From Pseudomonadota bacterium (lineage in GTDB: Bacteria; Desulfobacterota; Desulfobulbia; Desulfobulbales; Desulfocapsaceae), in contig JBDRQE010000042.1 of assembly GCA_043826415.1 (NCBI GenBank), positions 97,037-161,036 on the forward strand: 64,000 bases of DNA, written 5' to 3'. Made by a program: the position numbers and the translations under genes. The stretch's first letter is position 1. Each line of letters starts with the position of its first letter. Shown piece by piece: positions 43,445-52,849 of the stretch. A model generated the notes under the pieces. It saw nothing but the letters and a program-made list of their open reading frames with translations, searched no databases and had not been told where the DNA came from.

Positions 43445-46159
43445 ATGACTGCTATTGCTCGAGCCATCTGCCTCTTTCTATTCCTTCTCTTCCCCTCATA
43501 TCTGCCGGCCGCCATCCCTCAAACCATATTCATCGGCGTCCTTGCCAAAAGCGGAGAGGATATTGCGGTGCAAAAATGGACGGCAACGGCTGACTATCTC
43601 TCCGCCACTCTCCCTGAGTACCATTTTACTATTGTCCCCCTGGGATTTAGAGAAATTCATGAGACAGTAGAACAGGGCAAGGTCGATTTCGTCCTGACCA
43701 ACCCGGCCTATTATGTAGAGCTGGAAAAGCTCTACGGAGTCAGCCGGCTTGCCACCCTGATTAACCAGAATCTCCCTGGACAACAGACCACCACCTTTGG
43801 CGGTGTGATCTTCACCAAGGCTGACCGTCTGGATATCAACACCTTCACGGATCTTAAAGGAAAGTCCTTCATGGCAACGGACTCGCTTTCATTCGGCGGC
43901 TGGATTGTCGCCTGGCGGGAGTTTTTTCTGCAGGACATCGAACCGCTCGCCGATTTTTCTTCTCTGCGCTACGCCGGCACCCATGAAGGTGTTGTCCAGG
44001 CCGTCCTGAATGGAACCGTTGATGCCGGAACAGTGCGCACCGACACCCTTGAACGCATGGCGGAAAACGGAACCATACATCTGGAACAGATAAAGGTTTT
44101 AAACAAACAGCGGAACGACGATTTTCCCTTTCTCCTCAGCACCGCCCTGTACCCGGAATGGCCCATGGCGGCAATCAAATCAACACCGGACAGGCTTTCC
44201 CGCCTCGTTGCCGGCGCCCTGATGACCATGGAAAGCAATGCCCCCGCAGCCTTGGCCAGTCATTCGGCAGGATGGACCATTCCCCTCAATTATCAACCTG
44301 TGCATGACTGTCTTTTTGATTTGAAGATCGGTCCCTACAAGGACTATGGAACATTTTCCCTTACCGATGTCCTCTCCCGCTACTGGCGGCAATTCACTCT
44401 TCTGGGCCTTACTGTTCTTCTGATCCTGATCACCGCCTGGTACGTCCTTCTCCTGAATCGAATCCTGCAAAAGAAAAAACTGGAGGTGGAGAGACTGAAT
44501 GTCACCCTTGAAAGCAAGGTAGCGCAACGGACAGAAAAGATTAATAGCCTTCTCGATCGTCAGATCTATCTCAAAGGCATTCTGCAAACCGTAGCCGATA
44601 TCAACAAATTACTGATCACCTCCCCCAACCTGATAGTCCTGCTCAAAAAGTCCTGTGAACTCTTTGTCCAGCATGGGCACTATGGATTCTCATGGATTGG
44701 CCTGCTTGATGAAGAGAAAATTCATACCGTATACAGCTCCGATGATTTCGAAAAATATCTGGCTCCTCCTCCGTATGCGGTCAACGACCCGGAGCTCCCC
44801 TTTTATCAAAGCCCGACGGCCAGATGTCTCCACGAAGACAAGACCGTCATCAGCGACCGTAACCATGACCAGGACCTTACCCCCTGGCGGGATCAGGCTG
44901 AAATAAAGGGATTTCAGGCAGCTATCGCGCTGCCCCTGCGGGCTCGAGAGTCAGCCAAGCCTCTGGGCACACTGACAATCTATACCTGGTTGCGAGAAGG
45001 ATTTGAGCAGGAAGAAGTTGCCATGCTGGAAGAACTTGCCGGGGATCTCGGTTTTGCCATCAGCTCCTTTCGCCACCGGGAGGAAGTCGCCAGATTGACA
45101 TTTGAACGAACGGTCAATTATCAAGAGACCATCTTCACGTTTGTGAACATGATTGAGCAACGGGATACTTACACCGCCGGCCATACGGAGCGCGTGGCCG
45201 GCTATTGTCAACAAATAGCCAAGGCAATGGGCATTGCCGAGCAGGAGATAGAAAAGCTCTACAAAGCGGCAATCCTCCACGATATCGGCAAGATAGCCAC
45301 ACCGGACTCCGTTCTTCTCAAACCGGGAAAACTCAACAGCCTGGACTATGAGCTGATCAAGCTCCATGCCACCGCCGGCTACGAAATGCTTTCCAATATC
45401 GACATGTATAAAGATCTGGCCGAAATCATTCACCATCATCATGAACGTCATGACGGCAAGGGCTATCCCGACGGACTACAGGGCGATGAGATCCCCTTTC
45501 TCTCCCGCATTCTCACCGTGGCCGATGCCTTCGACGCCATGACCACCAACCGTATCTACAAGCCACGAAAACAGATCCAGGAGGCCTTAACTGAACTGGC
45601 GTCTCTCAGCGGTCTCCAATTTAACCCTGATATTGTCGCCGTGGCCATTCAGGCACTCAAGGAAACAACACTCCCAGTGGCCGTCACCCAGAACCCAAGC
45701 ACGGATATTGAAAAAAAACGATTTTCTTATTTCTTCAACGACAGGCTGACCGGACTGTTCAACGAAGACTACCTGAAAATTTTCCTGCAGAACAACCTGA
45801 ATATCCACGAATACACCTGCCTGCATATTCTCCATCTCAGCAACGTTATCGAATACAATAAACGTGAGGGCTGGGAGCAGGGAAATCGTATAATCCAGGA
45901 ATTTGCGGTCGAGTTGCAGGCCCACTATCCTCACGCCCTGCTCTTCAGGGCCTACGGCAACGATTTCGCCATCCTCACCCGCAAACATTTTGAGCTGGCA
46001 GGAGATACCTTTGACTCTTTCACCAGCATAGCCGACTCCGAGATCACCGTTGAGCCCCAACATATTGATTTAGAGAAAGATCAGACCTACACCCTTGATA
46101 AACTAGAAAAAATGGTAATTTCATGCCCAATCCCAGAAAAGGGGCAAGGTACTGAATAA
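43445..46159 (+). CDS. Periplasmic PhnD/SsuA-like binding domain, TM, GAF, HD-GYP and degenerate GGDEF signalling protein
   Basis: A signal/TM start at ATG 43445 is followed by FIGVLAKSGEDIAVQKW...VDFVLTNPAYYV (PBP-like). The HD-GYP domain has HTERVAGY, LHDIGKIATP and HHHERHDGKGYPDGL. The C-terminal GGDEF-like fold has YGNDF in place of GGDEF. Confidence 0.8.
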   Translation: MTAIARAICLFLFLLFPSYLPAAIPQTIFIGVLAKSGEDIAVQKWTATADYLSATLPEYHFTIVPLGFREIHETVEQGKVDFVLTNPAYYVELEKLYGVSRLATLINQNLPGQQTTTFGGVIFTKADRLDINTFTDLKGKSFMATDSLSFGGWIVAWREFFLQDIEPLADFSSLRYAGTHEGVVQAVLNGTVDAGTVRTDTLERMAENGTIHLEQIKVLNKQRNDDFPFLLSTALYPEWPMAAIKSTPDRLSRLVAGALMTMESNAPAALASHSAGWTIPLNYQPVHDCLFDLKIGPYKDYGTFSLTDVLSRYWRQFTLLGLTVLLILITAWYVLLLNRILQKKKLEVERLNVTLESKVAQRTEKINSLLDRQIYLKGILQTVADINKLLITSPNLIVLLKKSCELFVQHGHYGFSWIGLLDEEKIHTVYSSDDFEKYLAPPPYAVNDPELPFYQSPTARCLHEDKTVISDRNHDQDLTPWRDQAEIKGFQAAIALPLRARESAKPLGTLTIYTWLREGFEQEEVAMLEELAGDLGFAISSFRHREEVARLTFERTVNYQETIFTFVNMIEQRDTYTAGHTERVAGYCQQIAKAMGIAEQEIEKLYKAAILHDIGKIATPDSVLLKPGKLNSLDYELIKLHATAGYEMLSNIDMYKDLAEIIHHHHERHDGKGYPDGLQGDEIPFLSRILTVADAFDAMTTNRIYKPRKQIQEALTELASLSGLQFNPDIVAVAIQALKETTLPVAVTQNPSTDIEKKRFSYFFNDRLTGLFNEDYLKIFLQNNLNIHEYTCLHILHLSNVIEYNKREGWEQGNRIIQEFAVELQAHYPHALLFRAYGNDFAILTRKHFELAGDTFDSFTSIADSEITVEPQHIDLEKDQTYTLDKLEKMVISCPIPEKGQGTE

Positions 46160-46177
46160 TCAAGGCGGAACAACTAA

Positions 46178-46711
46178 CTATCCCTTCTGCCCATATTTTT
46201 CAAAACTCACTTTTGCATCCAGCAGAGACGAGCGGGGATGGCCGGGCAATTGTTCCGCCGGATAGCCAATAGCAATGATCGACTCCACCACCATGCCTTC
46301 TTTCAGCCCGAGAATTCCAGCCACATATTCCTGAGCCGTCTGCCTGGCGTCATGCTCCCGCAGCCGTATCTGTACCCAGCAGCTGCCGAGGCCAAGATCC
46401 GCTGCCGCCAGATGCAGAAGGATTGAGGCAATGGAGCAATCCTCCACCCACACATCACAATGCGTTGGATCGGCACAGACAACAATGGCCAGCGGCGCAT
46501 CTTTCAGGAATGACGCGCCATGCGGTTTGGCCTGAGAAAGTTGAACAAGGGTTTCTCTCTCCGTAACCACCACAAATTCCCAGGGATTTAAGCCCCGTGA
46601 AGAGGGCGCACGCAACATTGCCTCCAGCAACAGAGCTCTCTTCTCTTGTTCCACTTGCTGATTTTTAAATCGACGAATACTTCTTCTGGCTCGTAAAAGA
46701 TCGATAAACAT
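46178..46711 (-). CDS. Nitroreductase family protein
   Basis: LLRARRSIRRF...LLEAMLRAPSSRGLNPWEFVVV is typical of the family. The ATG at 46711 follows GAGAGGGA. Confidence 0.8.
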   Translation of the reverse strand: MFIDLLRARRSIRRFKNQQVEQEKRALLLEAMLRAPSSRGLNPWEFVVVTERETLVQLSQAKPHGASFLKDAPLAIVVCADPTHCDVWVEDCSIASILLHLAAADLGLGSCWVQIRLREHDARQTAQEYVAGILGLKEGMVVESIIAIGYPAEQLPGHPRSSLLDAKVSFEKYGQKG

Positions 46712-47062
46712 TTTTCCCTCTCGTTGTAACGTTCTCAACTCTGCATTTTTCATCTACCGCAACAGGACAGTAGACGTATATCTGCCTAATCATCTCCATT
46801 TCCTATGAAAAATCACCCTATGTGTCAAGAGCTAAAACATCCCCTTAACCAGCTTGCCTGCAGCCCCTGTTCATGTTTCAATTGCATGCCGTTGTCCATG
46901 AACCTTCAAGATCTTTTCTGCCAAGTTACACACGCATAAAGAAAAATAATGTTCCCCAATCCGGGAGCGAGTGTGATATCATATTTTTATCATCAACAGC
47001 TCATGACCGTTCCAGCACAGCGCCGCTGAAAAATAAGGTGCGCACTTCCCTGATGGACAAGC

Positions 47063-49603
47063 ATGCAAAACAAAACATCCTCCGGCAACCTTACATCCAT
47101 TGCACTCTATCTCCTGCTTTTACTGGTGGGAGCAGCCACATTTTATCCTCCATACCGGATGGTTCGTGACAATACCATTCAAGCGCTGAATGCCCAGCAG
47201 CTCATTTTGGCTCGTCAGGCTGCCAAGGGGATCGAAGAACATTTTGACCATTATCAAAGTATCCTCGCCTATCTGGCAAAACAGGACGCCATTATCCGGA
47301 TCAACGGAGAAGGAAAACAGCTCATGGAGGACATGTATGGCTTTAACCAAGGGGCGGTGAGCGCCGTCACCCGCATTGATGCCTCCGGACATATTCTCGC
47401 GACTGCGCCGGGCAATCCGAAGGTTCTCGGCATGGATGTCTCCAACCAGGAGCATAACCGACGTATCATTCAGACCCATCAGGCCCAGATCAGCGAGGTC
47501 TTTACGGCAGCTCAAGGGTACCGGACCGTCGCCTTTGCCTATCCGGTTTTTGACGGCGGTGTGTACGCCGGCTGCATATCCATTCTGATTCCGTTTGAAA
47601 CCATTACTAAACGATACCTGGCAGATATCGTTATCGGGGAAAACGGCTACGCCTGGCTGATCAGCGAGGCAGGGACAGAACTCTACTGCCCTGTCCCCGG
47701 CCATATAGGTAAAACAGTGAGCGAGACCTCTTCCGAGTTTCCTTCTGTGCTGATCATGGCCGGGAAAATGATGGCCGGGGAAGAAGGAGCCACAACATAT
47801 GATTATAACAGGATAAAAGATAATCAAGTCCAAAATATCCGCAAACAAGCCGTCTATTCGCCGATTCAACTCCCGGGGACCCGTTGGTCCGTTGTGGTCG
47901 CGACTCCGGAACAACAGGCGTTACAGGCGGTGAATGCCTTCGGCAGATGGTGGTTCACTCTGTTCCTTGCCGTTATGGCGGCAGGGGCTTTTCTGCTGCG
48001 TTCCCGTATCACGATCCGTGAATCCCGGCAGCGGGTGCAGGCTGAACAAAGGCTGCTGAAACAGGAACGGATCTTTTCCCGCTTTATCGACAACTCCCAC
48101 ATCCCTATTATCATTGCAGGCTCTGACGGCAAGACGAGACTGATCAACAGACAATGCCAAAAATCCTACGGCTACACCCTTGAAGATGTGCCAACGATCG
48201 AAACCTGGTTCACCAGAACCTTCCCCGACAAAAGAGTACAAGAAGAAGTGATCCAGGACTGGCGGAAGAAACTGCACACAGCCAAGGAGACCGGAGAGGC
48301 CGCCACGTTCAAGGAACAAGCTATCGTCTGCAGGGACGGCTCACTCAGGGACGTTATCCTGGCCTTCACTCTGGTCGACGATACCATCATCATCACCCTG
48401 AACGACCATACCGGCTATAATCGGCTCCAACGGGTGGAACAGGATCTGCAGAACCATCAAGCCCGAAGCAGCAAGATGGAGGCCATCGGCCTCATGGCCG
48501 GCGGGGTGGCCCACGATCTGAACAATATCCTTTCCGGCATTGTCGGTTACCCGGAGCTGGTAATCCGCCAGCTCCCCCTGGACAGCAACCTGCGCAAGCC
48601 CTTGCAGTTGATGCACGAGGCCGGACTCCGGGCCGCAGCAGTCGTGGCCGATCTGCTTACCATTGCCAGAGGAGTGGCCAGTACCAGAAAGCCAGCCGAC
48701 CTCAACGTTCTGATAAAGGAATATCTTGAGTCTCCGGAAGGGGTGGTGATGCAGGCCCTGCATCCGGAAGTGCAAATCACCTCCACGCTGACCTCCGGCC
48801 CCTGCACTGTTTCCTGTTCGCCGGTGCATATCCGCAAGAGCATCATGAACCTGATTACCAACGCGGCCGAGGCCATTACCGGGCCGGGCAACATCCATGT
48901 TTCCACCAACATCTGTGATATTGATGATTCTTCAGGAAACACTCTGAAGATAAGGCCGGGAAAATATGCGCTGCTGCGCGTCAGCGATTCCGGTTCCGGT
49001 ATAGCACAGGCGGATCTGGAACACATATTTGAGCCATTTTATACCAAAAAGGTCATGGGCAGAAGCGGCACAGGCCTTGGTCTGGCCGTGGTCTGGAGCA
49101 CCGTTCAGGACCATGGTGGAGGAATCAGTGTAGAGAGCAGCGAGAGAGGAACTTCCTTTACCCTCTATTTTCCAGCCTCAACGGATGGAGAACCCGAAGC
49201 GAGGAAAGAGCAGACTGACCTTGCCACATTACAGGGAAAGGGTGAATCCATTCTGGTCGTGGACGATGAGCCGCAGCAGCGAGATATCGCCTCACGCATG
49301 CTCGAGCAGTTCGGCTACTCAGTAGAAACCTCAAACTCAGGAGAAGAGGCGGTGCAATTCCTCCGGAAAAAACCGATGGATCTGATCCTTCTTGACATGC
49401 TTATGACCCCAGGCATGAGTGGCCGGGAGACCTATGAGCAGATCATCGCCATCCATCCCGGACAGAAGGCTGTGATTGCCAGCGGCTACGCCAGAAGCGT
49501 CGATGTGGAGGAGACGACTGCGCTTGGAGCCGGGAGTTTCATCAAAAAACCCTACACCATGGAAGAACTGGGCCGAGCGGTAAGAGACGAGCTGGCACGG
49601 TAA
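47063..49603 (+). CDS. Hybrid sensor histidine kinase: Cache-like periplasmic domain, PAS, HisKA, HATPase_c, REC
   Basis: An N-terminal TM helix is followed by a Cache-like segment (GENGYAWLISEAGTELY). The phospho-His context is GGVAHDLNNIL and the ATPase has GTGLGLAVVWSTVQDHGG. The receiver has ILVVDDE...DLILLDMLMPGMSG. Confidence 0.85.
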   Translation: MQNKTSSGNLTSIALYLLLLLVGAATFYPPYRMVRDNTIQALNAQQLILARQAAKGIEEHFDHYQSILAYLAKQDAIIRINGEGKQLMEDMYGFNQGAVSAVTRIDASGHILATAPGNPKVLGMDVSNQEHNRRIIQTHQAQISEVFTAAQGYRTVAFAYPVFDGGVYAGCISILIPFETITKRYLADIVIGENGYAWLISEAGTELYCPVPGHIGKTVSETSSEFPSVLIMAGKMMAGEEGATTYDYNRIKDNQVQNIRKQAVYSPIQLPGTRWSVVVATPEQQALQAVNAFGRWWFTLFLAVMAAGAFLLRSRITIRESRQRVQAEQRLLKQERIFSRFIDNSHIPIIIAGSDGKTRLINRQCQKSYGYTLEDVPTIETWFTRTFPDKRVQEEVIQDWRKKLHTAKETGEAATFKEQAIVCRDGSLRDVILAFTLVDDTIIITLNDHTGYNRLQRVEQDLQNHQARSSKMEAIGLMAGGVAHDLNNILSGIVGYPELVIRQLPLDSNLRKPLQLMHEAGLRAAAVVADLLTIARGVASTRKPADLNVLIKEYLESPEGVVMQALHPEVQITSTLTSGPCTVSCSPVHIRKSIMNLITNAAEAITGPGNIHVSTNICDIDDSSGNTLKIRPGKYALLRVSDSGSGIAQADLEHIFEPFYTKKVMGRSGTGLGLAVVWSTVQDHGGGISVESSERGTSFTLYFPASTDGEPEARKEQTDLATLQGKGESILVVDDEPQQRDIASRMLEQFGYSVETSNSGEEAVQFLRKKPMDLILLDMLMTPGMSGRETYEQIIAIHPGQKAVIASGYARSVDVEETTALGAGSFIKKPYTMEELGRAVRDELAR

Positions 49604-49654
49604 ACATCTCCTTCCACCAGAAAATCACTTTTCCCCAGAAAAAAACTCCTTTCC

Positions 49655-49668
49655 TTGACCTAGATCAA
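49655..49668 (+). promoter_or_regulatory. CRP/FNR-family (HcpR-type candidate) binding site upstream of hcp
   Basis: TTGACCTAGATCAA matches TTGAT-N4-ATCAA with one mismatch. TAGAGT (49691-49696) lies where a -10 element is expected for a class II site centred at -41.5. Confidence 0.5.
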
Positions 49669-49802
49669 AGAAACATTCTCCCATAATGGATAGAGTGTCA
49701 GACATAAACGATCCAATTTGTGAAGAACATTTTCACAATGGGCAAAAAATGACTTATTTTATGTAAAGAACATCTTCATTCACCCCAACCAAGGAGTAAA
49801 CC

Positions 49803-51440
49803 ATGTACTGCAACCAATGTGAACAAACTGCTAAAGGAATCGCCTGTACCACCATCGGTGTCTGTGGCAAGAACGAGGAAGTGGCTGGACTCGAAGATCT
49901 TCTTACCCATGCAGTCCAAGGCCTTTGCCTGATGGCTGATGCCGGACGCAAGGTCGGATTGGTCGACAATGCGGTTGACCGTTTCACCTGTGAGGCGATC
50001 TTTTCCTGTCTTACCAATGTTGATTTTGACCCGGCCCGTTTTGAGCCCATGATCCGCAAGGCCGTTGAACTGCGCGAAGGACTCAAGACCAAGGTCAAGG
50101 ACGCCGGCGGCAAGACCGATTTCACCGCCGCTGCCGCCACCTTCACCCCGGCCGCATCGCTGACCGATCTCGAGGCACAGGGCGCCGCCCTCAACTTCAT
50201 CAACACCCTGGATGCCAACCCCGACCTGCAATCCCTGAAGCAGATCACCATGTACGGACTGCGCGGCCTTGCCGCCTATGCTGATCATGCTGCCATTCTC
50301 GGCCAGGAAGATGACGCTGTCTACGCCTATATTCATGAGGCCATGGCCGCATTGACCGGCGACCTGGATCTCAACGCCCTGGTGGGCCTGGCCCTCAAAT
50401 GCGGCGAGGTTAACCTGCGGGCCATGGAACTGCTGGATGCCGGCAATACCGGCACCTATGGTCATCCGGTCCCCACCCCGGTACCGCTTGGTCATATTCC
50501 CGGCAAGTGCATCCTGGTCACCGGCCATGACCTCAAAGATCTGGCCATGCTCCTGGAGCAGACCAAGGACAAGGGCATCAACATCTATACCCATGGCGAG
50601 ATGCTGCCCTGCCACGGCTATCCTGAGTTGAAGAAGTACAGCCATTTTTATGGCCACTTCGGTACTGCCTGGCAGAATCAGCAGAAAGAGATGCCTGAAT
50701 TCCCAGGGGCCATCCTCTTTACCACCAACTGCATCCAGAAGCCGAAAGACTCCTACAAGGCTAATGTCTTTACCACCGGTCTGGTTGGCTGGCCGGATGT
50801 CGCCCATATTCCCGAGGCCGGCGGCAAAAAGGACTTTACCCCGGTGATCAACCAGGCCCTGGCCCTGCCCGGCTTCACCGACACCGTGGACAGCGGCTCC
50901 GTGCTCGTGGGTTTTGCCCGCAACACCGTTTTGGGCGTGGCCGACAAGGTGATCGAGGCGGTGAAATCCAAGGCCATCCGTCACTTCTTCCTGGTTGGCG
51001 GCTGTGACGGCGCCAAGCCCGGCCGTAACTACTATACCGAGATCGTCGAGCAGATCCCCAGCGACTGCATGATCCTGACCCTTGCCTGCGGCAAGTTCCG
51101 CTTCTTTGACAAGCAGCTGGGCGATATCGGCGGTATCCCCCGTCTCCTTGATGTGGGCCAGTGCAATGACGCCTACTCCGCCATCCAGATTGCGGTGGCC
51201 CTGGCCGGCGCCTTTGAATGCGGGGTCAATGACCTGCCCCTGTCCATGATTCTTTCCTGGTACGAACAGAAGGCGGTGGTTATCCTGCTGACCCTGTTCA
51301 GCCTGGGGATCAAAAACATCCACCTCGGACCCTCGCTGCCGGCCTTCATCACCCCCAATGTGTTGAATGTCCTGGTGGAGAACTTCAGCGTCAAACCAAT
51401 TTCCACTCCCGAGGCGGACCTGAAGGCCATCCTCGGATAG
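49803..51440 (+). CDS. hcp: Hybrid cluster protein / hydroxylamine reductase
   Basis: The N-terminal MYCNQCEQTAKGIACTTIGVCGK Cys motif and the 545-aa length fit Hcp, and conservation runs throughout. Confidence 0.95.
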   Translation: MYCNQCEQTAKGIACTTIGVCGKNEEVAGLEDLLTHAVQGLCLMADAGRKVGLVDNAVDRFTCEAIFSCLTNVDFDPARFEPMIRKAVELREGLKTKVKDAGGKTDFTAAAATFTPAASLTDLEAQGAALNFINTLDANPDLQSLKQITMYGLRGLAAYADHAAILGQEDDAVYAYIHEAMAALTGDLDLNALVGLALKCGEVNLRAMELLDAGNTGTYGHPVPTPVPLGHIPGKCILVTGHDLKDLAMLLEQTKDKGINIYTHGEMLPCHGYPELKKYSHFYGHFGTAWQNQQKEMPEFPGAILFTTNCIQKPKDSYKANVFTTGLVGWPDVAHIPEAGGKKDFTPVINQALALPGFTDTVDSGSVLVGFARNTVLGVADKVIEAVKSKAIRHFFLVGGCDGAKPGRNYYTEIVEQIPSDCMILTLACGKFRFFDKQLGDIGGIPRLLDVGQCNDAYSAIQIAVALAGAFECGVNDLPLSMILSWYEQKAVVILLTLFSLGIKNIHLGPSLPAFITPNVLNVLVENFSVKPISTPEADLKAILG

Positions 51441-51442
51441 AT

Positions 51443-51487
51443 AAAATGGGGACAGCCCCCGATACTGCTGGGGACAGTCCCCATTTT
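51443..51487 (+). other. Long hairpin immediately after the hcp stop, containing a 9-nt direct repeat
   Basis: AAAATGGGGAC (51443-53) pairs with GTCCCCATTTT (51477-87). TGGGGACAG occurs twice (51447-55 and 51469-77). Confidence 0.5.
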
Positions 51488-51516
51488 ATCTAAGCTAACG
51501 GCACTTGTTTCCCCCC

Positions 51517-51557
51517 GGCAGGACACGGCTCAGCCCGGCGTGTCCTGCCTTTTTTTT
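51517..51557 (+). terminator. Rho-independent terminator downstream of hcp
   Basis: GGCAGGACACG-(11 nt)-CGTGTCCTGCC is followed by T8. Confidence 0.75.
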
Positions 51558-51578
51558 CTGCGCAGCGGAGACGAAAGA

Positions 51579-52205
51579 ATGAATCAAAAAACCTACACCG
51601 TGGTTCCCGGTCTGAACATGGGGCTGTTCTCGCCCAAGGACCTGGAACAGATCGTGGCCATTATCAACAAATACGATGTCCCCATGACCAAGATCACCTC
51701 GGCCCAGCGTTTGGCCCTGCTCGGCATGAATGAGGAGGACCAGCAGAAGCTGAAAGACGAACTCCAGCACCTGATCAGGCCGGTGGCCGTCAACGGTGTC
51801 CATTATGTCCAGGCCTGCCCCGGCTCAAAGTGGTGTAAATACGGCACCAGCGACTCTCTGGCCCTCGGCACCAGAATTGAACAGCTCTCCTTTCCAGAAC
51901 CCCTGTTTGCCAAGGTCAAGGTCGGCATCTCCGGCTGCCGCATGTGCTGCACCGAGCCCCATGTCCGCGACGTGGGCATCTTCGCCACCAAAAAAGGCTG
52001 GACCCTGGTCTTTGGCGGCAACGGCGGCGGCAATCCCCGCCTGGGCGATATCGTGGCCGAAGGTCTGACCGATGATCAGGTGGTTGAACTTGTAAAAAAA
52101 TGCCTGACGGTCTATCAAGAGAAAGCCAAGTATAAATCACGGTCTGCCCGCTTCATGGAGCGTTTCGGGATTGAGGCCTTCAAAGAGGCCGTCCTGAGCG
52201 AATAA
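51579..52205 (+). CDS. Small nitrite/sulfite reductase-type siroheme-[4Fe-4S] protein (low-molecular-weight assimilatory-type sulfite reductase-like)
   Basis: CPGSKWC (CX5C) and CRMCC (CX3C) match the NiR/SiR cluster-siroheme Cys spacing. Length is 208 aa. The ATG at 51579 follows GGAG. Confidence 0.68.
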   Translation: MNQKTYTVVPGLNMGLFSPKDLEQIVAIINKYDVPMTKITSAQRLALLGMNEEDQQKLKDELQHLIRPVAVNGVHYVQACPGSKWCKYGTSDSLALGTRIEQLSFPEPLFAKVKVGISGCRMCCTEPHVRDVGIFATKKGWTLVFGGNGGGNPRLGDIVAEGLTDDQVVELVKKCLTVYQEKAKYKSRSARFMERFGIEAFKEAVLSE

Positions 52206-52225
52206 TTCATCACGGAGGCTCTATC

Positions 52226-52849
52226 ATGCAATGCCCTGGACAGGACAACCGATACTGGAGCGGCGAGGCCGTTTATGAGATCCCCTGCCCCCACTGCGGC
52301 AATATGCTGGAATTTTTCAAGGATGACAGCCAACGTACCTGCAAGCAATGCGGACACCGGGTGCTGAACCCCAGGATCGATTTTGGCTGCGCCTCCTACT
52401 GCCCTTATGCCGAACAGTGCATGGGCGCGCTGCCGTCCGATCTGAAGAGTGGACTGGCTGACCTGTTCAAGGATCGGCTGGCAGTTGCAGTGCGGAAACG
52501 TCTGCTGGATAATGAGCAAAAATATCTTCTGGCCGGCAGAAGGGCTGAATTCGGCGAGAAACTCTGCCAGGAGGAGGGAGGAAACATGGCCGCCATTGTC
52601 GCCGCCGCCCTGCTCAGCGAGATCGATCAGCCCCTGGCCCTGCTGACGGAGCTTGCGGCGGAAGAAAACTTTATCAAGGAGGTGAATGCGCTTCTCTCCC
52701 GGCAGCCTGCCACGAATGATGAAGAGGCCAAGTCAGCCGCGATTTTCCATGATGCCTGCCGCCTGGGCGACATGAGCATGCAGTCAGACATATCTGCCAC
52801 ATGCCTGACTGCAGCGGGCATACGAGAAGCCAAAAAACTTACCCCTTAG
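52226..52849 (+). CDS. Cys-rich zinc-ribbon protein with degenerate HD-like C-terminal domain
   Basis: The N-terminus is CPGQ...CPHCG...CKQCGH...GCASYCPYAEQC. The C-terminal helical region has IVAAALLSEIDQ where HD-domain proteins have AALLHDIG. Confidence 0.5.
   Translation: MQCPGQDNRYWSGEAVYEIPCPHCGNMLEFFKDDSQRTCKQCGHRVLNPRIDFGCASYCPYAEQCMGALPSDLKSGLADLFKDRLAVAVRKRLLDNEQKYLLAGRRAEFGEKLCQEEGGNMAAIVAAALLSEIDQPLALLTELAAEENFIKEVNALLSRQPATNDEEAKSAAIFHDACRLGDMSMQSDISATCLTAAGIREAKKLTP

Noticed and set aside
47120-47914. 264-aa minus-strand ORF.
   Set aside because: It is antisense to the Cache domain region of the hybrid kinase.
49776-51323. 515-aa minus-strand ORF, the longest shadow ORF in the window.
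   Set aside because: It is exactly antisense to hcp. It is Gly/Ala/Asp/Leu-rich with no motifs, and hcp itself is unmistakable.
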